Position numbers and translations under genes: made by a program. 56,633 bases of DNA from Octopus sinensis (taxonomy: Eukaryota): NCBI RefSeq assembly GCF_006345805.1, contig NW_021833683.1, positions 1-56,633 of the forward strand. Reading direction: 5' to 3'. Under the pieces are notes generated by a model. It was given only the letters and a program-made list of their open reading frames with translations, did no database searches and was not told where the DNA came from. Of the stretch, positions 1-10,754 are shown piece after piece. Position 1 is the first letter of the stretch. Every line of letters starts with the position of its first letter.

Positions 1-178
1 GCGATATATAATATATATATATATGTATGTATATATATATATAGAGAGAGGGGGGGGCCACTCATGTGTGCTGGAAATAACAATCGATCAATTTACGACC
101 CTATAGTAAAGCTTCGCGGTATATATACTGCCAAAGACTCGAAAGAACATTAGATAAATGGACAACCCAGAATCGGAT

Positions 179-253
179 AATCTACTACCTAGTTTCGGAC
201 TCTTCAAATACGTTTGTTATCGTAAATTTGATTTAGTCTTCTTCAGCTAGATT
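179..253 (-). ncRNA. Minimal type I hammerhead ribozyme motif (Penelope-like terminal repeat)
   Basis: Minus strand reads AAUCUAG-CUGAAGA-AGACU[33-nt extended helix II]AGUCC-GAAA-C-UAG-GUA-GUAGAUU. Core is intact with a GUA cleavage triplet; helix I has 6 bp after a G.G first pair. Confidence 0.7.
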
Positions 254-502
254 TACCTGGACAATATTTCAAATGTTTCTACATCAATGCCAGTATACTC
301 GCCTGAACGCCTAGCCGGTAACAGAATCGAGAACAGTGAAAAAGTTTTCAAGGAAAAATTAAATATTGCAATACAAATGTACTACTTTCCAGTCAAATAC
401 ATCCATATAACATAAATTCTTGATTTATTAAAATAATTCTCATCTGTACATGTGTCACAATTTTGAAACGGTGATTGAGACCAAATCCATATAAGAGGAG
501 AT

Positions 503-807
503 CACGTGATCACGTGACCGACCAGACCATCAGATGTTGTTACACATTGCTGGTCACAATGTGTTCGCATTGTTTTAGCCTTTGAATGACGCCACCCCGC
601 TGGCTAAGCAAGCAGGCCAACAGAAGAAAGAGTGGGAGAAAGAGTGGTGAAAGAGTACAGCAGGGATCACCACTCCCTGCCGGAGCGTCGTGGAGCTTTT
701 AGGTGTTTTCGCTCAATAAACACTCACAACGCCCGGTCTGGGAATCGAAACCGCGATCCTACGACTGCGAGTCCGCTGCCCTAACCACTGGGCCATTGCA
801 CCTACAC
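503..807 (-). mobile_element. tRNA(Arg)-like-headed SINE (family C) with 12-bp TSD
   Basis: Minus-strand head has A box TGGCCCAGTGGTTAG and B-box-like GTTTCGATTCCC; tail is CACGTGAT repeats. TSD ATAAGAGGAGAT at 491-502 and 808-819. Confidence 0.85.
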
Positions 808-899
808 ATAAGAGGAGATAATCTACAGAATGAAGAATATTCCAAAGTTGACATACCGTAAACGAAAGAAACAGGCTTATAGTCTAAAAATAAGAGGAA

Positions 900-950
900 G
901 ACTGTGACACACTCGTGTTTCTGCCTTAATAAGGGTCTTCAGCATGACAC
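900..950 (-). ncRNA. Hammerhead-like motif, helix I degenerate
   Basis: Minus strand CUGAAGA-c-CCUU(AUU)AAGG-ca-GAA-ACAC(GAGU)GUGU-C. Core, helix II, helix III and a GUC triplet are present, but no clean helix I. Confidence 0.45.
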
Positions 951-1615
951 TTCATATGTATGTATGTATGTGTGTATGTATGTATGTGTGTATGTATGTA
1001 TGTATGTATGTATGTATGCGTTTGTGTATGTATGTATGTATATGTATATATGTATGTATGTATGTATGTTAGCAAGGACCCTCAGATTTATGACCGGCGT
1101 GTTAGACGACCACTGGTGTAGAGGCACCTCTTAGCTTTTCTTAAAGCATGTCTCAAGGAGAAGGTCAGTCTAATTTAAAAGCAGATATACAAGGAATGAC
1201 ATTGGACATTTGGGGAATCTTTTGCTTGCCCTTGAGATCATGACGCTCTTACATTCCTGAGCCTACGACCCTATCGACACTGAACATTTTGCTCTGGTTT
1301 GCCTCTGGATAATGCCAGTTGGGGTGGATAGGGTCTGCGAGGTACTGTGAAAGCCTTATTGAACCTAAAGTTTCAATTTGTATAATCACCAGAGAAGCAA
1401 CTATTGGAGACTGGTCCAGTGGAGGGGGGGAAGCGGTGAGCAGGGAAGCAGCGGAGGCGAACCCGGATGAAGCCGAATGCTGGTGTAGTAACCCCTTGCA
1501 CTTTGAATGGGGCAGTGGTCAGTAATGGTCTTCCTCGATCACGTGAGGACAACCATCATCAAAATATATGTATATATAGACTTTATGTATAGACAGATAC
1601 ATACATGCATACCAA

Positions 1616-1822
1616 TTTTTTTATTTGTTTCATGCGGCCATGCTGGAGCATTGCCTTTTATCGAACAAATCGAACCCAGGATTTATTCTTTGTAAGCCTA
1701 GTACTTATTCTATCGGTCTTTTGTACCGAACTGCTGCAATACGGTGACGTAAACACACTAATACCGGTTGTCAAGCAATGGGAGGGGAAGACACACATAC
1801 AGACATACATGTATATGTATAG

Positions 1823-1867
<45 letters not shown>

Positions 1868-2028
1868 GAAGGGCTTCTTTCAGTTTCCGTCTTCCAAATA
1901 CACCCACAAGGCTTTGGTCGGCCCGAGGCTATAATAGAAGACACTTGCCCAAGGTGCTACGCAGTGGAACTGTACCAGGAACCATGTGGCTGGTAAGCAA
2001 GCTACTTTCCGCACAGCCACTCCTGTGC
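1616..2028 (-). mobile_element. tRNA-headed SINE (family A) with internal TA/CA microsatellite
   Basis: Matches the many other copies in the window (head GGAGTGGCTGTG..GTTC..., body CCTTGGGCAAGTGTCTTCTA, tail CCAGCATGGCCGC). Confidence 0.85.
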
Positions 2029-2216
2029 TTATTTGTATGTTTTCTTTAATTAATTGAAATCTTCCTATAACGTACGACCTGGTTTCTAGCAAACGTCTTA
2101 AGCTAAATCATTGGAATGTAAACAACATAGAGGAGATGTTTTGAATTTGAGAAAAGTTTTGCATACTATTCTGTCTCGCTTACAGATTATATTTCTAAAT
2201 AAGTGTGTTAGTGTGT

Positions 2217-2264
<48 letters not shown>

Positions 2265-2364
2265 CGTACATAAGCACAAACACACACACACACACACACA
2301 CACAATATATATATATATATATATATATATTCAAAAATTAATGAGTAGTTAAAATTCATAGGTA

Positions 2365-2586
2365 GCGGAACCTCGGAAGTAGTAAATTATCCAGCCGAGG
2401 GGTAGACCGCATGCTACATTTCAGGCCAAGGGTTCCTTGATTTTATGATTATATGATTATGTGATACCCAAAGGATATATGAATATGTGGTACCTCAAGG
2501 TATCATATAACCAAGGTAACCTTGGCCTGAAGAATAGCTTGTGGTCTACCTCTAGTTTGGATAATTTACTACTTCCGAGGTTCCAC
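2365..2586. mobile_element. MITE with ~75-bp TIRs flanked by TA (Tc1/mariner-pogo type)
   Basis: GCGGAACCTCGGAAGTAGTAAATTATCCA... at the left is the reverse complement of ...TGGATAATTTACTACTTCCGAGGTTCCAC at the right; TA at 2363-2364 and 2587-2588. Confidence 0.8.
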
Positions 2587-2660
2587 TAACTAAGAAAAAC
2601 ATCGTTTACATTATTTAAATTATTTACATTTGACGGCTATCTGTCATCTTGATTGTTGTT

Positions 2661-2706
2661 AAGACAACGTTTCGGCTGATATACTCTCCAGCCTTCATGC
2701 GGTGTC
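2661..2706 (-). ncRNA. Degenerate minimal hammerhead (core CGCAUGA)
   Basis: Minus strand GACAC-CGCAUGA-A-GGCUG(GAGAGUAUAU)CAGCC-GAAA-CG-UU-GUCUU; two core substitutions. Confidence 0.55.
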
Positions 2707-2782
2707 TTGAGGAAATTTCGAACCTGGGTTCTCATTCCTATGGTATTTTACGATGTTATCGTTCTTCTTCTTCTTCTTCTTC

Positions 2783-2850
<68 letters not shown>

Positions 2851-2922
2851 ACATCGAAATATTATAATATTAACATCGAAAAATACTTTAGGAATGAGAA
2901 CCCAGGTTCGAAATTTCCCCAA

Positions 2923-2968
2923 GACACCTGATGAAGGCTGGAGGGTATACCAGCCGAAGCGTTGTGTT
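2923..2968 (+). ncRNA. Minimal hammerhead with A15.1-to-G change
   Basis: GACAC-CUGAUGA-A-GGCUGG(AGGGUAUA)CCAGCC-GAAG-CG-UU-GUGUU; helix I GACAC/GUGUU, 6-bp helix II. Confidence 0.65.
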
Positions 2969-3111
2969 AACAACAAACAAGATGAGGACAGATATCCGTC
3001 AAATGTAAATAATGTAAATAATCCCTCATCTCTTAAATATAGAACTGTATTAACTATGAAACATATGTAGCTGGGTTTTATCTACTCCATTCCCTAATTT
3101 TTTAATGTATA

Positions 3112-3166
<55 letters not shown>

Positions 3167-3311
3167 TCATAAATAAGGGCAAACGAAAAAATTCTAATGC
3201 CAAATATGCCGAAAAATTGGACATATTTTCCATTAACCATTAATTTTTTCACAATCCGCACGCTACTCGAAAAAAGGTCGACAGAAATTTCTAAAAAATT
3301 CCATTATTACC

Positions 3312-3366
3312 ATATCGGACCGATTTCAGGGTTAGCTTATAACAGCCCTCCCTTTGTCAGTGATAC
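3312..3366 (-). ncRNA. Minimal hammerhead with G8-to-A change
   Basis: Minus strand GUAUCA-CUGACAA-AGGG...CCCU-GAAA-UCGG-UC-CGAUAU; GUC triplet, 5-bp helix I. Lies ~150 bp from the (TA)n tract ending at ~3162. Confidence 0.55.
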
Positions 3367-3817
3367 ATGTGACTAAAGAAATAAATGAGATACTTACTCA
3401 TACCCATGGAAGAAGCAAACACTAAGTCATGAGCACAATTAAGTACCCCAAATACATCCAAAATAGAAATACTCCAGCCCATTCGAGACACGTGCGATTT
3501 GAACTGATGCTCTCACAGAGTGAAAGAGTCCGGAAGAGTCTTTTCGAAAAAAAATTTTATCCTACATTAGATATATATATATGTATGTGTGTGTGTATGC
3601 GCACACATGCACCCCCCCCCACACACACACACACACACGTAAAAATATACACTCCTGCACATATATGCGGAGAAATATTTTTTTCAAAAATTATTAAATA
3701 TTTACAAGAATCTTAGAAAAACAAAACAACACGAACCTTTGGGGAGGAAGTTTTCGCATAGTGTACGTAAGCGTTTTGATGTTAAATTCTTTGAAAGAAA
3801 TTAACGAGAACATACCT

Positions 3818-3858
<41 letters not shown>

Positions 3859-4029
3859 TAAATATTAGGGAATAAATCCAAATTTACAGGGAAAAAATCA
3901 GATTTAGGATTAAATCGATTTTATAGTAAATATTATAAAATATTATTCGAGACAAAACCACTATTTTGCAAAACAAACAAGGAAAGACTTAATCAATACA
4001 TAAATTTTAATAAATAGTCAAAAAAACCG

Positions 4030-4072
4030 CCACTACAATCGTTTCTTGTCTTGATCGACAATCTTCAGGTGG
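4030..4072 (-). ncRNA. Apparently intact minimal type I hammerhead ribozyme
   Basis: Minus strand CCAC-CUGAAGA-UUGUC(GAUCAA)GACAA-GAA-AC(GAUU)GU-A-GUGG; all core nucleotides present, GUA triplet. Confidence 0.8.
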
Positions 4073-4586
4073 ACTTCCAATCTAAAAAATCAATATTTTA
4101 AAAATAAAATAATAATTTTTAAAATAATTAAAGTATGAATGAAAAAATATAAGTATATAATCCATATTAACATATCTATAATCCATATATAATCAATATA
4201 TAAACAATATATAAACTAAAAAAACCTATCAACAATTAAATATAAAATATAAATTAAAATATAAAATATAAAATAAAATATAAAACAAAACAAAAAAAAA
4301 AATAATAATAATATATATTAAACTATATATACACCCATACGCATATACCTAATTATATATAACCATATCTAACTACATACACTAAATCACACACCTATAT
4401 ATAAATCCCTATACATACACATAAAATGTCTAGGCAACTATAAATAAATAAAATAGCTAAATACTTCAACACAATACTTATCATACTCCCACACACCACA
4501 CATACAACCCACATTCACGCTCTAGAAAATGGACATCACTCAAAACTATGAACGGAGAAATAGAATAAATGGAATTAAAAATTATA

Positions 4587-7500
4587 TTCACTGGTAAAAT
4601 GAACACTACTTAAAAATTATTAATGAAACAATGAAAAAAAACAACAGACATCGCAATAGACACAAATTACTACAAATTCCTATCAAACCTACCATGATAA
4701 CCAAAACTCATAAAAACATATAATGATAAAATCTCCCTTTACTAAACTCTATAACAAACCTATATAGCAATCCCCCTAACCTAAACATTCACACACAAAT
4801 ACACACACGTAAACCACACACCCACGACATACAAATACCCACACCACTTACACATACCAATCATACATATAAACCTCAACATATACTCCAAAAACCCATC
4901 AACCCCACAACAGACAAATAAACACAAAAAATTATAATGGATTCTTTTATAAAACTACCATGATAAGCTAAAACTCACAAAACAGAAATGATAAAACCTC
5001 CCTTTACTAAACACTAAAACATACTTATATAGCAATTCCTTAACCTATACATTCACACACAAAACCACTCGTAAACCACACACCCATAACAAATACAAAC
5101 TCCCACCCCACTCACACACACCCCACAAGTACATATAAGCCTCAACATATACACCAAACAAAATTACTTTACCAAGGAACTTAACATATATAAAAAGTAT
5201 AACCGCTCTGGAAACGAACATCTCTAAATTAATGAATGGAGAAATGGAATAAATGGAATTAAAATAAAATTCACGTGGCAAAACGAACACCACTCAAAAA
5301 TTATGAATGAAACAATATAATAAAACAACCAACATCGAAAAAGACACAAATACTACGAATTCCCTAAAAAAAACCATGATAAACCAAAACTCTTAAAAAC
5401 ATATAACGATAAATCTCCCTATGCTAAACTCTATAACAAACCTATATAGTAATCCCCAAACCTAAACATTCACACACAAACACCACGTAAACCACAGACC
5501 CACGACTTATACACATACCTAAACTAACTTATAAACCTCCATATACACCAAAACCCACTCCCTCCCACACAGACAAATTAACTCATACATCCCAAAACCT
5601 AAATAACAAACCCATATACACATTCACACACAAACACACACACACGCAAAACACACACACACAACAGATACATATACTCCCTCACATATACGCATATACA
5701 TACTCACTAAACTCAATATATACAACAATATTTACACACCCACACTCATACAGAATAATAAATTATACAACTAAAAACTCGCACACAATCTCATATACAT
5801 AAACACTCCTATGAAAACAACATTAAATACATCTTAATTAACCAGAATATCAAAAATAACAATATGACATAAAGGTAAATAAAATACATACTTACAATTC
5901 AGTGTCAAATTATGAAGTGAAATTAAATTCTTAGCCGTTAAAAAAATCAAACCAATATTACGTTACCATAGAAATAACTTATGTAAAAAAAAGACTAACA
6001 ACAACTTGCAGTAGTAACCCAAACCCATTCTCTATGCCTACCTCACTACTACACTATTCCATTCACAATTCCAAACACACTAGTCCACCTCCCGGTTATT
6101 CACGTGGCAAAACGAACACCACTCAAAAATTATGAATGAAACAATGTAATAAAAAACAAACATCGAAAATAGACCAATTACCACGAATTCCCTAAAAAAA
6201 CCATGATAAACCAAAACTCCTAAAACATATAACGATAAATCTCCCTTTGCTAAACTATATAGCAATCTCCTAACCTAAACATTCACACACAAATACACAC
6301 TCGTAAACCACAGACCCACGACTTATACACATACCTATACTAACTTATAAACCTCCATATACACCAAAACCCACTCCCTCCCACACAGACAAATTAACAC
6401 ATACATCCCAAAACCTAAATAACAAACCCATATACACATTCACACACAAACACACACACACGCAAAACACACACACACAACAGATACATATACCCCTCAC
6501 ATATACGCATATACATACTCACTAAACTCGATATATACAACAATATTTACACACCCACCACTCATACAGATAAATAAATTATACAACTAAAAACTCGCAC
6601 ACAATCTCATATACATAAACACACCTATGAAAACAACATTAAATACATCGTAATTAACCAGAATATCAAAAATAACAATATGACATAAGGATAAATATAA
6701 AATACATACTTACAATTCAGTGTCAAATTATGAAGTGAAATTAAATTCTTAGCCGTTAAAAAAATCAAACCAAAATTACGTTACCATAGAAATAACTTAT
6801 GTAAAAAAGATACGCGTCATGGAAAGTAAACGTCATTTAAATTATGAATGAGAAGAGAAATAGAAAATGGAACTAAACTATATCCACGTGGCAAACCAAC
6901 CACTACTAAAAAAATTTATTATGAATGGATTCTTTAAAAAACTACCATGAAAAATCATTATATACATCTATGAGCTTTAGCTCACCTTAGCAGCTCTAAC
7001 AAACAACTTACAGTAACCCAAACCCATTCTCTATGCCTACCTCACTACTACACTATTCCATTCACAATTCCAAGCAACGCTAGTCCACCACCCGGTTATT
7101 CACGTGGCAAAACGAACACCACTCAAAAATTATGAATGAAACAATGTAATAAAACAACCAACATCGAAAATAGACAAATTACCACGAATTCCCTAAAATA
7201 ACCATGATAAACCAAAACTCATAAAAACATATAACGATAAATCTCCCTTTGCTAAACTCTATAACAAACCTATATAGTAATCCCCCTAAACCTAAACATT
7301 CACACACAAATACACACCTCGTAAACCACAGACCATTACTTATACACATACCTATCCTAATTTATAAACCTCAATATACACCAAAACCCACTCCCTCCCC
7401 ACACAGACAATTAACACAAACATCCCAAAACTAAATAACAAACCCATATACACATTCACACACAAAACCCACACACACACAAAAAACACACACACACACA

Positions 7501-7595
7501 ACAGATACATATACTCCCTCACATATACTCATATATATACTCACTAAACTCGATATATACAACAATATTTACACACCCACACTCATACAGATAAA
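4587..7595. repeat. Complex tandem array (diverged ~350-bp monomers; near-identical 829- and 1000-bp higher-order periods)
   Basis: 5271-5990 is nearly identical to 6100-6810, and 7100-7590 repeats its first ~490 bp. Older diverged copies at ~4587 and ~4955. Confidence 0.85.
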
Positions 7596-7949
7596 TAAAT
7601 AAATAAATAATATATATATATATATATATACATATATATTATTCAATTTTTTCTTACACAATCATACAAACCCCTTTTTATTTATTTATATATATATATT
7701 CAATATATATGCAAGACAGGCTCCTAAAAAATTTTTACTCACCAAGTTCTACTCGCAGCGCATTAGTCAAATAACAGCGACGGTAAAATACAATTCTTCA
7801 ATCAATCTCATGTTAAAATCTAACCCAAACCAAACACTTGTCATGTGATCTTCTTAAACAACCGCTTGTTTTTAGCATATCACCTTGATCATCTGTGCCC
7901 TTGCGAACGCTATTAGATGTTTATTATATCCTATACATACTAAGTTTAA

Positions 7950-8600
7950 AGTCTTGTTATTGTTGTCGTATGCGTAATCGATTTTTTAAGAGATCAAGAA
8001 TTTATGCTGTCTGATGTTATTCAAATACATGCTACTGGCCACTGAGTTATTTCTCGTGGTTAAATTTTCTCTAAATTCTGGAAATTAGCTGGGACATGAA
8101 TGATTTCTAATCATTTTTGTATAAGTCTAACTCTCTTGCCTAAAAGAAGATAAGGTCAGACAACACACGTGCCAATAACGGTTATTGAACCAAAAACACG
8201 TGTCTAAGACTGTCCTCTTGTCTCTAGACAAACTTGCCTTTTCTTTAATGCCATGTCTACTTTGGAGAATCCTTAAGATTTCCTCGTCTTCTTTTGGGGC
8301 GCTGGTTTTAATTGACACTTGGTAATTACGACACATTCCATAGAGGCGAAGATAATACTAACAAATGAAAAATTTATGTTGTATACCTCTATATGTTTCT
8401 GCTATATATACAACTTCTTTATGAAGTATATTTGCAAAGATGAATTATCCTTTAGGAACTGACACAAGCGGACATTATATAAAGAAATAAAAAGCCAGAC
8501 AAAGAAGAAAAATTAAAAACGAAATAAAGAAACAACCAATCAACATTTTCAGGATGTCTAACTTGTGAAATAGCGTCAAGTGTTACACCCAGCAGAGGAT
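7950..8600 (+). pseudogene. Possible highly decayed hAT (Buster/Charlie-like) transposase relic
   Basis: Translation VISRG*IFSKFWKL resembles RWLSRGKVL, LDKLAF follows, and STFSGCLTCEIASS resembles SMFGSTYLCE; many stops. Confidence 0.3.
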
Positions 8601-9202
8601 CCCATGTAATTTTCTCTGCGTAGATATGGGACCAAATATTTTTAGGTGAAGAAGAAACGGAAACGGCTAATGACCATTTAACGAGTATTTTAGAAAACAA
8701 AAATGATGTCAAATAGATATTTCTAAGCTGAATTCGTGATACATCCGTTTAGCTCATCTAAAAGATACGTTCATTCTTACTATCCATCATGCCTGTTATA
8801 AAACCTCCAATCCACATCGTTAAGTGAACATCGAATAAACATAAGAACTAGGATTGAAGTAAATAGAAAATCGGAATGAATGTCAAATATTTACAAGACC
8901 GTTTCTGTAAATCATTCTAATTATGCGTTCACACAAAGGATAAATGAAAAGACTATGTAACTAAGTTTAGACTGGTGTTATGTTGCAATCATATATCATA
9001 ATGATGTGTGTGCGTGTTAGTGTGCGTGAGCGCGCGCGCGCGTATCTCAGAAGAGCAGCGTAAGTGAGAAATGGAATCTACAGTAGATTCTAAGACACAA
9101 TTTGGGGAATTGTTTATAAAATGAATGGCGAGTGTTTGCTTGATTTATAAATTGTGCAAGAAACGCTGAGAAGAAAATAGTGTAAATGAACATCAGAAAC
9201 CC

Positions 9203-9252
<50 letters not shown>

Positions 9253-9380
9253 CAGCAGCGGCAGCAGCGGCGGCAGCGGCGGCAGCGGCGGCAGCGGCGG
9301 CAGCGGCGGCAGCGGCGGCAGCGACGGATGCGGCGGCAGCGGCGGCAGTGGCGGCAGCTGGTGAGAGGTGGTGGTGGCCC
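9203..9380. repeat. Compound repeat (GTA)n then (GCGGCGGCA)n
   Basis: Direct reading of the sequence; explains the poly-V/poly-A ORF at 9186-9383. Confidence 0.95.
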
Positions 9381-9778
9381 TAATATTATTCAGTGAATTC
9401 CAAAGTAACTCTCTTGAAATCACAGCACTTCGTTTCCCTGTTGTTTCAATTTTTCTTCCGTCCTAGAAGTCATAGTGCCACTGACCTGGCTTCCATGGAG
9501 TATAAGTAATCGAGATCATAACATTCCCTTTGAATGGGACCCCGTTTTGTTTTAGGGTTCAAGGCCTGCTCTTTTGTGAAAAATGGGTGCAAGTCGGGTA
9601 CATCGACCCTAGCACTTGACTGGTGCATTATTTTATCGATTACGAAATGATGATAGAAACAGCTGACCTCAAAACGTAAAAATCCGGAAGAAATGCTTCT
9701 GAGCATTTTGTCCGACGCTCTAACGATTCTGCTAGTTTGCTTTCTGATATTTTATTACTGATATTGGAAAGTGAACCT

Positions 9779-10148
9779 AAGGCGGTGAGCTGGCAGAAAC
9801 GTTAGCACGTCGGGCGAAATGCTTAACGGTATTTCGTCTGCCGCTACGTTCTGAGTTCAAATTCCGCTGAGGTCGACTTTGCCTTTCATCCTTTCGGAGT
9901 CGATTAAATAAGTACCAGTTACGCACTGGGGTCGATATAATCGACTTAATCCGTTTGTCTGTCCTTGTTTGTCCTTTCTGTGTTTAGCTTCTTGTGGGTT
10001 ATAAAGAAATAGGTATTTCGTCTGTCTTTACGTTCTGAGTTCAAATTCCCCCGGGGTTAATTTTGTCTTTCATCCTTTCGAGGTCGATAAATAAAGACCA
10101 GTTGCGTACTGGGGCCGATCTAATCGACTGGCCCCATCCCCCAATAAA
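9779..10148 (+). mobile_element. SINE family B, head plus two tandem body units
   Basis: A-box-like TGGCAGAAACGTTAG and B box GTTCTGAGTTCAAATTCC; body restarts at GGTATTTCGTC at 9828 and 10012. Confidence 0.85.
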
Positions 10149-10149
10149 C

Positions 10150-10660
10150 GCCACCAAGCATTTCGCCCGGCGTGCTAACGTTTCTGCCCGCTCCCTACCT
10201 TATCGACTCCAAAAGAATAAAGGCAAAGTCGACTTCGGCGGAATTTGAGCTCAGAACATAAAGACAGACGAAATACCCATTTCTTTACTACCCAGAAGGG
10301 GCTAGGACGAACGTGGACAGACAAACGGATTAAGTCAATTATATCGACCCCAGTGCGTAACTGGTACTTATTTAATCGAATTTAAGTGGAATTTGAACTC
10401 AGAACGTAACGGCAGACGAAATACCTATTTCATTACTACCCACAAGGGGCTAAACACAGAGGGGACGAACGAGGACAGACAGACGGATTAAGTCGATTAC
10501 ATCGACTCCAGTGCGTAACTGGTACTTAATTTACCGACCCCGAAAGGAGGAAAGGCAAAGTCGACCTCGGCGGAATTTGAACACAGAACGTAACGGCAGA
10601 CGAAATACGGATACGCATTTCGCCCGGCGTGCTAACGTTTCTGCCAGCTCGCCGCGCCTT
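10150..10660 (-). mobile_element. SINE family B multimer in opposite orientation
   Basis: Reverse complement of the same head and repeated body units. Confidence 0.85.
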
Positions 10661-10754
10661 AAACTCTTGCATTATAATAATTTGATATAATTGCTTTCTT
10701 TTAATAAAAGTTACATAATTCAAACTAATTAATAAACTTTGTTCTTTATTACAG

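Larger units (their letters stand above)
2605..3046. mobile_element. Inverted pair of Penelope-like terminal repeats around a (TTC)n(TTA)n tract
   Basis: The ~155-bp left arm (2605-2760) is the reverse complement of the right arm (~2865-3022). Each arm carries a hammerhead motif. Confidence 0.75.
3853..7600 (-). mobile_element. ORF-less, strongly G-poor element with internal higher-order tandem repeats and a terminal hammerhead (putative non-autonomous Penelope-like element)
   Basis: Bounded by (TA)n on both sides. Unit anchor (T/C)CACGTGGCAAA at 5271, 6100, 6884 and 7100, with a diverged copy at ~4587. Hammerhead at 4030-4072. Confidence 0.55.

Noticed and set aside
1070-1560. GC-richer stretch that might be an exon or LINE fragment
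   Set aside because: All frames I translated contain stops and no recognisable motif; left unassigned.
4587-7595. Possible NUMT/control region or CRISPR-like array
   Set aside because: No mitochondrial gene or tRNA motif was recognised. Units are hundreds of bp long with no repeat-spacer pattern, and the context is eukaryotic.
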